Shown here piece after piece: positions 41,143 to 50,368 of a stretch of DNA of 64,000 nt. This stretch comes from Methanothrix sp. (GTDB lineage Archaea > Halobacteriota > Methanosarcinia > Methanotrichales > Methanotrichaceae): contig JBAXWY010000003.1 in NCBI GenBank assembly GCA_037128175.1, forward strand, positions 77,076 through 141,075, given 5' to 3'. The translations under genes and the position numbers were made by a program. Position 1 is the stretch's first letter. Each line of letters starts with the position of its first letter. The notes below the pieces were generated by a model. It ran no database searches and was not told the origin of the DNA. It was given only the letters and a program-made list of their open reading frames with translations.

Positions 41143-42131
41143 CTTTTAAACACCAGCGGATAATATTCCTTCAGCTCACCGGTTATCGCCTTTCGAAGCA
41201 GTATGGCCTGCAAACGTACCGCCTTGCGGCGTGTTACAGTGTATTCGAATCTGGGATGAGTGAACTCCTCTTGCATGTAGTCGTCGAACTTCTCCAGGTA
41301 GATCTTGAAGGCGTAATCCTTGAGGTGATTGTCGGCTCCAAAGTCCTCATGCTTGAGCATGATCTTGTTGATCAGTCGGAGAGTAAAGGCATCGCAGAAG
41401 ATGGGCCGAAACTCCTCTTGCAGGTCGAGCGCGAGCGCGGGCCGCCCGTGCCTGTCCGCGTGCAGGATGCCCAGGAACGGGTCCAGGTTGTACTGGCGCA
41501 GAGCACTCAAGACCTCGTTTTTCATCATGCTGTAGGTAAGGGAAAGAAGCGCGTTGATGTGGTCCTCCGGGGGCCGACGTGTGCGCTTCTCGAAGGTCCA
41601 GCCTTCGGCCAGGCAGCCGTTCAAAAGGCCGAAGTAGATCTCCGCCGCTTCGCCCTCCATGCCTCGCAGCATGTCCAGGTCGCGGGCCTTGGCCGTCTGC
41701 TCCTCCAGTTCTGCCAATCGGCCGTTGTCGGGCACGTCTTTACGGATGAGCAGGGTGCGCGAGTTTCTGATCTTACCCCGGATGATCTCTTTGGCGATCT
41801 TCAGGCTCTCTTTCTCGGTGAGGGCATACTGGCGGCGGCGCACCTCGGCGATGGTGTTCTTTTCCGGCACAAAGCTGCCCCGGTAGCGGCCGTTCTGGGT
41901 GAAGTAGTTGAGCACTATGCCGTGCTCGTTGGCCCGCGCCACAAAGGGCGTGGTGAAGTTGATGTTGCCGAAGATGTTGATGGTGTCCACCTGGCCCATG
42001 GGAAAGGAGGCGATCTCCCCCTCGCCCCTCATGGCTACTACTATCCTGCCGCCGTCCACACCCACCTGGGAGCCCTGCTTGGTGACATAAACCACGCTGT
42101 CGTCGAAGATGCCTTCACTCTCTTTGCTCAT
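41139..42131 (-). CDS. cas1: CRISPR-associated Cas1
   Basis: GMEGEAAEIYF, RTRRPPED.INALLSL.Y, DLQEEFRP; true start MSKESEG overlaps the cas4 stop (ATGA). Confidence 0.97.
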   Translation of the reverse strand: MSKESEGIFDDSVVYVTKQGSQVGVDGGRIVVAMRGEGEIASFPMGQVDTINIFGNINFTTPFVARANEHGIVLNYFTQNGRYRGSFVPEKNTIAEVRRRQYALTEKESLKIAKEIIRGKIRNSRTLLIRKDVPDNGRLAELEEQTAKARDLDMLRGMEGEAAEIYFGLLNGCLAEGWTFEKRTRRPPEDHINALLSLTYSMMKNEVLSALRQYNLDPFLGILHADRHGRPALALDLQEEFRPIFCDAFTLRLINKIMLKHEDFGADNHLKDYAFKIYLEKFDDYMQEEFTHPRFEYTVTRRKAVRLQAILLRKAITGELKEYYPLVFKR

Positions 42132-42709
42132 GCTTCTCGCTTCTCCTTTGCGTTTTCTCCTTCCAGCATTCTCGTCTCCTCGGGCAGGCAGTACTGTACT
42201 GTGCTGCACTTCTCGCACTTTTTGGGGTTATCGGCAAAGTCGGGGATCTTGTCCAGGCTCATGTTACGGATGGCCTCCACCACTTCCAGAACTTTATTTC
42301 TGTGCCAGTCGGTAATAGTAATAGCATAGCGTTCATTGGTGCCGAAGAGGTAGAGGTAGCCCAGGCGCACCGGCTCGTCCAGGTAATCTTCGAGCAGCAT
42401 GCAGTAGGCAGCGAGCTGGACCTCGTCGTTGTCGAAAAATGAGGTGCCGTGCTTGCGCTCCACTGGCGTCAGCTTGGTCTTTCCTTCCAGGAGATCGATC
42501 TTGCCGTGCAGGTGGAGCTTCTCCGACCGCAGGTACATCTCCCGGTACCACTGGCCCCGGCGGCTCTGGTGGGCGTGCTTCGAGCGGCCATCTGCCAGTA
42601 CGAAGTTCAGGCCCTGGGTGTGGTAGAACATCAGGTAGTAGAGCCGGCGGGGGCAGTAGAGGTACTGGTTGAGGTCGGAGGTGTTGACGAGGGGGAGGTC
42701 GCTTTCCAT
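42128..42709 (-). CDS. cas4: CRISPR-associated Cas4
   Basis: YCPRR, GKIDLLE..PVERK, QLAAY, C..C....YC. Confidence 0.96.
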   Translation of the reverse strand: MESDLPLVNTSDLNQYLYCPRRLYYLMFYHTQGLNFVLADGRSKHAHQSRRGQWYREMYLRSEKLHLHGKIDLLEGKTKLTPVERKHGTSFFDNDEVQLAAYCMLLEDYLDEPVRLGYLYLFGTNERYAITITDWHRNKVLEVVEAIRNMSLDKIPDFADNPKKCEKCSTVQYCLPEETRMLEGENAKEKREA

Positions 42710-42717
42710 AATCATCC

Positions 42718-44784
42718 TCACTTTGCAGATAGTCTCTCATGAATTACACAATCAACATAGATTGCATCCAGACCTATTGCCAGACTTCCATCTTTAAAAT
42801 TAGTTAAAAATATATAATCATCAATATCATATAATTTCTTGGATACTTTGCCCGTGTTTGGAAGGTATCTACAAAATAATCCAGCCGCTTTAATATTATT
42901 TACGATCCGGGATATATCCAAATGGTCATTGGGATTATTGTAATTCTTCACTATGGGCAATATTCCATAGATCTTCCCAGGTCGGCGTTCTTCCTCAGGT
43001 AGATCCATTTGTTCTGGATTTCGACCCGCGAAGGATACATGTCTGGGTTTATCAATTAAATTGTTGATTCTCGCATAGCCAAAAACTCTTTTTGATACCT
43101 CTTCAATCTTTTTATGGTGCTCTTCAGGGACCATTTTTATAAATTGTTTTTTTGAGAAAACATCCATATTCGCCCAACGCATTAGGAAAAACGCATTATA
43201 TGTGCCGAATTTATTATTTGCTGAATCATAATATGCGATGTCGATCCCATTGCCTCTAAAACTACTAAGCTCATCCATCAGTTCGAGCAATTCAGATTTC
43301 GTGGATTTCTCTAGATATCCTACACTATCTCTAATTTTTCCGCTATCCATCTCAACATCCGCAAAATAGTGCTCTCGAATAAGTTCTAAGCCACTGCTGA
43401 AATAATTGTCTCTTTTATCGGAGGGCAAACCTCCTGTTAATGGTGGGAACTTATGATCATTTCGTATGCTTTTTGCCTCATCTACACCAATGCCATATGC
43501 ATTTTTATAGATATATTCATATGCTTCAAGATATCCGTATCTCCAACGGAAATTGCCCTCGATTTTAGGGTCATTCATGGTCTTTCGAAGATTCTCCTCT
43601 AATTGCTGGCGGGATAGTCGTTCAAAATTCTTAAAATGGTCCACTACGCCTGACGGCGCAAAACATATTGACTTATACTCCACACCTTGCATGGGATTTC
43701 TAAGCCTTCCAAATCGCTGCAAGAACTCGCTAACATTATGGCCAGAAAAAACTAAACGCTGAATCGCAGAATCGCCTTTAAAATCAATTCCTACTTCTAC
43801 GGCTTTGTTTCCAACCAAAACATCAAAGGAGTCTGCCATAGAGTCCCTTCTTAGGCCACTTCGTTCACAGACGTTCCAGCAGGTCTCTTTGCGAAGTACA
43901 TCGCTGATAAGAGTAACCTCGTGAGCACTGTCAAATATAATTGCCATTCGATTGTTGTCTTTGAATTTCTGAAGCCAACTTAGATCGGCTAATAACATTT
44001 CTCCTGCCATGAAACGAGGTGCATGGCGAAATTCAAGTTCAACCCTTGGCATAATGGACTTTTCATCTATAATTTTGCAGTCTATAGTGCTTTTTTCAGT
44101 ATCAACAAGTGTTCCTCCAAGAACGTTTTTTATTTTTGATTCTATATTTTCATTGGGTGTTGCACTCAGAAAAATGAATTTCCGCATAGCTGTGCCTTCA
44201 GTAGAAAGGATATCGTGCAACATGAAAAGAATTATGTCTGATTGACGCATGTCGTACAGGTGAAACTCATCGAAAACTACAGTATTAATTAGGCCCTTGA
44301 AGACTGAATTGATATATTTATCATAATAATATCCTTTTAGTGCATATATAAAAATATCTGGGTTTGTTACGATGATACCTCCGCTCTGTCGATCCATTTT
44401 ACGTACTATTTCAGTCAGAATCTCGCCCTTGGTCATCCTGTAGGATCGCTTATCTTTCATCAGGCCTAAAGTTTCCGCAGTTACAAATTCTATTTGCTTG
44501 TTGGATTTTAAAGTGTCTCTAAGATTTGTAAGGGATCGATATTGGTCTTCTGCCAATGCATTAGTTGGATAAAGAGCGATTACGACGCCCAAGTCGTTCT
44601 CCTTCAGAGCAGGGACTGCCCAAGCATCCGTTTTCCCGGAACCTGTTGGTGACGTTATAAAAAGAAAGAACTCCTCAGAATTGCGTATCGTATCCCTTGC
44701 AATGATCTGATGCTTAAACGGCAAATGATCGCCAATCAATGGTTCGTCATCATATCGAGGAATGGAAAGTTCGTCGATAATCAA
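42718..44784 (-). CDS. cas3: Type I-D helicase Cas3' (no HD domain)
   Basis: SPTGSGKT, YPTNALAEDQ, DEFH, SATP, QRFGRL. Confidence 0.93.
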   Translation of the reverse strand: MIIDELSIPRYDDEPLIGDHLPFKHQIIARDTIRNSEEFFLFITSPTGSGKTDAWAVPALKENDLGVVIALYPTNALAEDQYRSLTNLRDTLKSNKQIEFVTAETLGLMKDKRSYRMTKGEILTEIVRKMDRQSGGIIVTNPDIFIYALKGYYYDKYINSVFKGLINTVVFDEFHLYDMRQSDIILFMLHDILSTEGTAMRKFIFLSATPNENIESKIKNVLGGTLVDTEKSTIDCKIIDEKSIMPRVELEFRHAPRFMAGEMLLADLSWLQKFKDNNRMAIIFDSAHEVTLISDVLRKETCWNVCERSGLRRDSMADSFDVLVGNKAVEVGIDFKGDSAIQRLVFSGHNVSEFLQRFGRLRNPMQGVEYKSICFAPSGVVDHFKNFERLSRQQLEENLRKTMNDPKIEGNFRWRYGYLEAYEYIYKNAYGIGVDEAKSIRNDHKFPPLTGGLPSDKRDNYFSSGLELIREHYFADVEMDSGKIRDSVGYLEKSTKSELLELMDELSSFRGNGIDIAYYDSANNKFGTYNAFFLMRWANMDVFSKKQFIKMVPEEHHKKIEEVSKRVFGYARINNLIDKPRHVSFAGRNPEQMDLPEEERRPGKIYGILPIVKNYNNPNDHLDISRIVNNIKAAGLFCRYLPNTGKVSKKLYDIDDYIFLTNFKDGSLAIGLDAIYVDCVIHERLSAK

Positions 44785-45557
44785 TTTCGCATCCTCCTAA
44801 GAAAACGCACATTTATTGGCAGTACATCTTTAGAACCCAATTTTATATATTTGCCGGAGAAACGTCCTTTCTGGAGGACATCAAATGGTTGCATCCTCTT
44901 GAATGATATATCTCCCAAGGGAACTGATTCAAGGTCATCGATGAGTACAGGATGTGTTGTTTTGTATTCACCGTCTGAAATGGATGCAACTACTTCTTCC
45001 CACTCTACCAGTGCTTTGCATCTTTTTTTGCCAAGCCGCACGTATGAAGGCATATCCGGCTTGGACCCATCGAAGGTCAGCACATAGAATAGGAACCTTG
45101 CTCCCGGTTGAATTTGCTTCCTGGCACTATAGCGTCCCGTGGGAGTGTTGGCATCAGAATCTGCATTTGATAGGTTGTTGGATTGCACATAGTCATCGCT
45201 CCGCGAGTTATTTAATTCGGTCGTGAATTCTGGTTTATTGATTACTTTCGCAGGGGTCACATAGACCGTCTCAAAGAGCGACTCTGTATCGACAATATAT
45301 GTCGGATTTTGTTTTACTGAACCACGACCCTTTTTTGCAGGAAAATTTATATAATTTCCTTTGGCATATCCAAGAGCATAGTATAACGCAGTGTTAAGGA
45401 TAATCGGCTCAGTCGTGAAGTTATCTCCTGGTTCCACTGATGCAAAGTATAGCTCGCTCATAAGCTCTAGCGTACCTTTAAACGCTCGAATTCCATTTTT
45501 ATGTGGTAGTAGGCTACTACTACCACTTCTGGATGTCGGATTAGCACATGAAGACAT
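44781..45557 (-). CDS. csc1: Type I-D Cas5 (Csc1)
   Basis: LYFAS.E, NTALYYALG, YVTPA, PSYVRLGKKR. Confidence 0.9.
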   Translation of the reverse strand: MSSCANPTSRSGSSSLLPHKNGIRAFKGTLELMSELYFASVEPGDNFTTEPIILNTALYYALGYAKGNYINFPAKKGRGSVKQNPTYIVDTESLFETVYVTPAKVINKPEFTTELNNSRSDDYVQSNNLSNADSDANTPTGRYSARKQIQPGARFLFYVLTFDGSKPDMPSYVRLGKKRCKALVEWEEVVASISDGEYKTTHPVLIDDLESVPLGDISFKRMQPFDVLQKGRFSGKYIKLGSKDVLPINVRFLRRMRN

Positions 45558-45567
45558 TTTGATCTCT

Positions 45568-46599
45568 CTAAGCGCTTAAAAATGTGCCTATCTTTGCAAT
45601 TTGGTCCGACAGTATTGATTGAATCACCTTGTCGTCGCGAATATCTTCAAGAATTTTCGAACTCTGGGCTTCATCAAATTTTAAATAATCGATGCGTTGT
45701 TTGTTAGAAAGCGATTCAAATACCTTTGTTGCCACAGCCTTAATCTCATCCGTAGACAACGTATCTCGATACATGACTTCTTTCAGCCGTTCATCAATGT
45801 TTTTGCTATAGTTTGTGTCATTTTCATCGAGTCCCTGCTTAGCAAGCGTGAGGGCAATCTCTCTGGCTACCTCCAGGCTTGAAGGACCTTCTCGATGGCC
45901 AGCGTAAATGCCAAGTATATGATTTTGAGTCTTTCCGAAACGTGTTGATGTTGCTCCATAGCGCGAATTTCTGTCGGTTACATTTAGGAAGAATAATACC
46001 TCTTCAGCGGTTACATCTTTAAGAGTGACCACGCAAGGGAATAGAGTACCTTCCTTAAAGAAATCTGGTTCACGAATCGCAGAAGTAGCTTCTTTCGCAT
46101 AATCATCTCCCGGTGCGTTCTGGAAAAACTCATCTACGATTGCACTCAGTGCTCTTATGGTGTATGACTCATCATACATAACTCGCGAAGTTATGCTCAT
46201 GCCTCCCTCTGAGGCAGCACTTCCGAATAGTGCACACTCTGGGCATCTCTGGCACATTTCGTTTACTTTCATGGTACAGCCTTTCCAACCTTTTTTGTCC
46301 ATGACTTTACCCATTTCATCAGAGATTAGCGTGCGCTGAAGCGCTTTAGCCTTTCTTCGGTCGCTAGCCACCTGTTTGCGGCCAAATAGCTTTCCTACGG
46401 TTTCTTCAATGCCTCCGACACGGACCACTGCTGAATTAGCTTCTATTCCGTCAGTCGTAAAACGGGCTGCACTTTTTAGTTCTCTTAATATCAATACGCT
46501 TACGTAATTCTCTTTTGGTTTCTTTTCTGGTTTTTCCAGTGTGAATGGCTTTAAAGCGTTTTTAAATTCAGTTAAGCTCATTTTCTCAGTGTCACTCAT
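45568..46599 (-). CDS. csc2: Type I-D Cas7 (Csc2)
   Basis: RKQVASDRR, CPECALFGSA, SRVMYD, RYGATSTRFG. Confidence 0.93.
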   Translation of the reverse strand: MSDTEKMSLTEFKNALKPFTLEKPEKKPKENYVSVLILRELKSAARFTTDGIEANSAVVRVGGIEETVGKLFGRKQVASDRRKAKALQRTLISDEMGKVMDKKGWKGCTMKVNEMCQRCPECALFGSAASEGGMSITSRVMYDESYTIRALSAIVDEFFQNAPGDDYAKEATSAIREPDFFKEGTLFPCVVTLKDVTAEEVLFFLNVTDRNSRYGATSTRFGKTQNHILGIYAGHREGPSSLEVAREIALTLAKQGLDENDTNYSKNIDERLKEVMYRDTLSTDEIKAVATKVFESLSNKQRIDYLKFDEAQSSKILEDIRDDKVIQSILSDQIAKIGTFLSA

Positions 46600-47035
46600 G
46601 ATTTGCCTCCTGTCCTCTCAATGATTCAACTTCGGCTTTTGCGGCTTTAAAAGCAGCATCCCTCTGGTAAAGGGTAGCTGCATAAAATCCATCGGAAAGA
46701 TCATTGGACTTCTGCTTCAGTTTCCCTGGTTGGCCATCTGCTATTTTATAAAAAGCCAGGTCTACAAATGATTCAGCAAATCTTAATGTCCTCTCTGGAT
46801 GATACATTCCCGATTTATAGTAAAATTGATCATCACCCGCACGCCGCATCATCTTCAATAGACTTCCTGCCACAGCGTCAACATAATCTTCTCGCTTGAA
46901 GTCGCCGTGTTTTTTAGCTTTAATTGCCTTCACTGATTCTCTAAACAATCTTTCTATTCGATGAGGCTCGTAGCCTTTTGGTATTGCAACTTTTAAACCA
47001 AGATCAGCAAGTTCGTGAATTGAATTCGCGGTCAT
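46592..47035 (-). CDS. cas11d: Cas11d small subunit translated internally from cas10d (147 aa)
   Basis: AGGAGG followed 7 nt later by in-frame ATG (MTANSIHELA...). Confidence 0.75.
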   Translation of the reverse strand: MTANSIHELADLGLKVAIPKGYEPHRIERLFRESVKAIKAKKHGDFKREDYVDAVAGSLLKMMRRAGDDQFYYKSGMYHPERTLRFAESFVDLAFYKIADGQPGKLKQKSNDLSDGFYAATLYQRDAAFKAAKAEVESLRGQEANHE

Positions 47036-49813
47036 CTCATTGCCTCCTAATCTATCCATTCTTATCGCTTGATCTATTAGGCCAATTGGAGCATTTTCAT
47101 CATCTTCTGAGACTCCTTTTGCTTTTTTTATGAAAATGCCGTCCTTATTGCCTTTTTGATACTTACGTTGTATCTCTTTCAAAATGGCACTGCCTGGAAA
47201 GAGTTTGGTTCTTATTTTTTGCAGGTGCTTTGGCATTAGTCCATCGTCAAGCTCATACTCGTAACCTAAGCTTATGACCAGGGATGCCAAAGAAATTGCA
47301 TTTTGAAGTTCCGACAAACGAATTCGATCTCCAAATATTCGTTTAACAGATGCATAAGGTGATTCTAATTTTACAAATTCCTTGAATTCATCTCCATTAG
47401 TCATACAGATTGGGTTTTCGCCAACAATAATACGGCATCCAGTTGCAGCTGCAAGTATCATGCCAAGGTATGCACCCATAAACCAGTATTCCGTATCATT
47501 TTTTCGTGATTTGTTGAAAATTATGTCGAAAGTCGAAAATAAGCCCTTGAAACCCTTTCCGGAATATCTTAGCATTTTCTGGCCGTAATCTGATACAAGG
47601 TCCTTAGTTAGAATTTGGTATCTAGGAACTTCTGAGGAAATCATATTTTGCGCGATAGCTCTAATATTAGTTTGGGAATCTCCATCAAACATTCCAAGAA
47701 CCTCTGAAAATATCTCACTGAGAAGCGGCGTATAGAAATGATCTGGTATAAGTTTATAATATATTTTTTTGTCGCCACCTTTCACCGCATGTCCCATGCG
47801 CCTGAGTCCAAGTTCGATTACTACTGGTTCTGAGACTTCAAGTTTTGGTTTTGTCTGTGGTGGGCCGATAGGTAGTCGATTCGAATAAGTGTAAATTAAC
47901 ATACTCAAAGGTTGAGACGGAATGCTCGGTGACTTTGAATCGTAAATGGTGTCGTTACTTAATTTGCATATGCCAGTACCTTTTAAATATGCATCAAATT
48001 TATTTTGTTTATTTTCAAATGCACCATATGCCATAGATCCATTGAATTCGAGATTTTCTGAGATCCAAACGAGCATCTTCTCTTTATACGGGTATAAATA
48101 CATTGATTCCAATTTATTCCAATCTTCGGCAGAAACTTTGCTCTTGTAAATATCTATTAACCCCTCAAGATATTTTATTTTATCTAAATTGGGAGTAATG
48201 TTCTTGAAAGCCACGCCGTTTACATCACGATCAAGAAGGTCACGAGCGATTGCATACGAATAATTCCAGAAGCCCCCAACTTTGTGATGATCATCATCAT
48301 CATTTTTCTCTGAGTATGTGGATAGTTGCTCAGTCAGTTCGCTATTTAATCCAAACAATTTGCAGGTCTCTGTTACTGCGTTTTCAGTTTCTAATGCATG
48401 CAGTTTAATCAAGGGTTCGATGAACTGCATTCGTATGCCCGAAATGGCTCTCGAATATGGTATTATCTCTCCGCTCCAGCCAATATCAATGCCAAAGTCC
48501 TCATTTATATGGTGTCTGTATCCAACCTGACTTGTCATCAAGCCCGTTCCATTAATTTCGATTTTTGAATAATTTACTTTCACGCCGTCAATTTCTATCT
48601 CTTGAGGCAAAAGTGTGTACTTTCCTTCTTTTCGTTCTGCACTTGAGCAATGAATTATCACATTCCCAACCTTAATCTCTTTATCATCGGCTTTTATGCT
48701 CTTGATCGCATCTGAAGGAATCTCGATAAACTTGGCAGGCGGATATTGCATATCTGGCTCATTGACATCAATTGTAATTGTATTATTTTTAACATCAATT
48801 GAAACTTTGCGATTTTTGGTATCTTCTTCAATCACAGACGATGCCATGAATGCAGAGAGAATACCCCTTAAATCAGAATAGAAGAAATTGACATTATCAA
48901 ATTTATACAATCCTTTGCTACCTTGTACAGTTTTATTTTTTTGAAGCTCTTTAGGATCCCGAATCGCAATATGGGCATCATTTAGTTTTTTCTTAAATTC
49001 ATCATAAATATTTTCGATATCACGCGCTGACTCCAGTTTGCATACAGTTCCCTCTCGTCCAATATAGACTATCCCTCGTTCAAATATCAGAAGCGGAATT
49101 AAGCCTTGCTCTCTTGCCCAAGACGAGACACCTGTGTGAACAAGATTAGAAAGTATTCCTGTAGATTCATTAAATTTGTGATAATAAAAATCAAGGCCAT
49201 CTGTTATTTGATCCAATTGCTTTTGCATGGATTCTGTGGCACACGGCGCTTCGATGCTCGCGAGGGTATCTGCGATATCAGTCCAAGGTTTTAATTTCAT
49301 GAATCTAGACGATAGATTCGAATGAAATCCTATACTTCTATGTTGTGCTACAGATACTGATTGATAATCATTTGCGCTTAGCCCAGGCGCAAAATCAAAT
49401 AGCCCAAATTTTGTCGCCCACATAGATGCTTCTTCTTGCGAGATATCGAATTGCTCCTTCCAGTCCTTCTTCGTCAATTTATGAAGTTCGTGTGCAACAA
49501 AGAGTGCAACTGCTTCTTTCAGTTTCGATTTATCCAATGGATATAAGTCAAGTTTATCAAGCGCTTCATTGAGTTCTATGATCGCCCAAACACCGTTTCG
49601 AAGGTGACTAACCATAGGCTGGTCGACTTTTCCCATCTCAACACTCTTTGCTGGCATGTAAGCAACCCCTGAATCCAGCAATTTTGGATCGACCTGCTCG
49701 TAGTATTCTACAAGAACATCGTATGAATTGGATATGTTAATCGTTGGTGACGATTCCCTATGCTTCCTAATCTCTTCTGCCGATATTGTTGGTTCTGGTC
49801 GTCTAATAGTCAT
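46592..49813 (-). CDS. cas10d: Type I-D large subunit Cas10d (Csc3) with N-terminal HD-like nuclease
   Basis: DQPMVSHLRNG...AHELHK...ADTLAS; position upstream of csc2; likely start MTIRRP at 49813 (TAATG overlap). Confidence 0.88.
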   Translation of the reverse strand: MTIRRPEPTISAEEIRKHRESSPTINISNSYDVLVEYYEQVDPKLLDSGVAYMPAKSVEMGKVDQPMVSHLRNGVWAIIELNEALDKLDLYPLDKSKLKEAVALFVAHELHKLTKKDWKEQFDISQEEASMWATKFGLFDFAPGLSANDYQSVSVAQHRSIGFHSNLSSRFMKLKPWTDIADTLASIEAPCATESMQKQLDQITDGLDFYYHKFNESTGILSNLVHTGVSSWAREQGLIPLLIFERGIVYIGREGTVCKLESARDIENIYDEFKKKLNDAHIAIRDPKELQKNKTVQGSKGLYKFDNVNFFYSDLRGILSAFMASSVIEEDTKNRKVSIDVKNNTITIDVNEPDMQYPPAKFIEIPSDAIKSIKADDKEIKVGNVIIHCSSAERKEGKYTLLPQEIEIDGVKVNYSKIEINGTGLMTSQVGYRHHINEDFGIDIGWSGEIIPYSRAISGIRMQFIEPLIKLHALETENAVTETCKLFGLNSELTEQLSTYSEKNDDDDHHKVGGFWNYSYAIARDLLDRDVNGVAFKNITPNLDKIKYLEGLIDIYKSKVSAEDWNKLESMYLYPYKEKMLVWISENLEFNGSMAYGAFENKQNKFDAYLKGTGICKLSNDTIYDSKSPSIPSQPLSMLIYTYSNRLPIGPPQTKPKLEVSEPVVIELGLRRMGHAVKGGDKKIYYKLIPDHFYTPLLSEIFSEVLGMFDGDSQTNIRAIAQNMISSEVPRYQILTKDLVSDYGQKMLRYSGKGFKGLFSTFDIIFNKSRKNDTEYWFMGAYLGMILAAATGCRIIVGENPICMTNGDEFKEFVKLESPYASVKRIFGDRIRLSELQNAISLASLVISLGYEYELDDGLMPKHLQKIRTKLFPGSAILKEIQRKYQKGNKDGIFIKKAKGVSEDDENAPIGLIDQAIRMDRLGGNEMTANSIHELADLGLKVAIPKGYEPHRIERLFRESVKAIKAKKHGDFKREDYVDAVAGSLLKMMRRAGDDQFYYKSGMYHPERTLRFAESFVDLAFYKIADGQPGKLKQKSNDLSDGFYAATLYQRDAAFKAAKAEVESLRGQEANHE

Positions 49814-50088
49814 TACCCCCTCACCGTCACCTTCGCCGCTCCTTCCCCGCATGCGTCTGGGTACCCGTGGGCGTTCCAGGCCCGCGCCCCCGCGCCCGTA
49901 CCCGTCCTCGCGCCCGCGGGCGTGCCCCCGGCCACGTTCCTGCCAGAGCCCGCGAACCTCTGCTTTTGGTTAGGCCCAACTTTCTCCATCTTTCTCGCCA
50001 TCAAAGCAGAGCCCGGTTGATCCTCTTCGCCAAAAAGCAGATCGAATTCAAGGAACCGATGTGTGGTGAGCGCAAACCTCTTAGCCAT
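49813..50088 (-). pseudogene. Collapsed, diverged cas6 derivative (91-aa open frame)
   Basis: Aligns by eye to the N-terminal ~30 aa and C-terminal ~60 aa of the intact Cas6; shares its upstream motif. Confidence 0.7.
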
Positions 50089-50132
50089 CGATACCACAGT
50101 AACATCCGAAGTCATATAAACCTGTCGATAGG

Positions 50133-50155
50133 TGCAATTGATTCACATTTCTGCA
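50133..50155. promoter_or_regulatory. TGCA-N15-TGCA candidate operator (effector operon)
   Basis: TGCAATTGATTCACATTTCTGCA, adjacent to TAAACCTGTCGAT which also occurs next to the cas6 site. Confidence 0.6.
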
Positions 50156-50235
50156 ATTGTAACGTTCCGTATTCATGCCAGTGCAATCTTGACGAATCCC
50201 TTTCACCGAAAGTGGCTCTTCGCTATTTTTGGGAT

Positions 50236-50350
50236 TCTCTGTGCGTCCTCTGTGAGCTCTGTGTCTCTGTGGTGGAATAGTCGTTCGCTGTTGGTTATAA
50301 TCCAAATGTTTACTGACTACAAATTTCTCCGCAAGACACGAGAAGCGCAC
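50236..50350. repeat. Palindromic intergenic element copy
   Basis: CTCTGTGCGTCCTCTGTGAGCTCTGTGTCTCTGTGGTGG followed by core-like GTCGTTCGCTGTTGGTTATAATCC. Confidence 0.8.
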
Positions 50351-50368
50351 AAATGACTCGAATATCCT

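Noticed and set aside
42132-42218. Extended Cas1 N-terminus
   Set aside because: Overlaps cas4; the ATGA junction supports 42131.
49814-49852. Extended Cas10d start MRGRSGEG
   Set aside because: The TAATG overlap and RBS favour ATG 49813; the extension overlaps the cas6 remnant.
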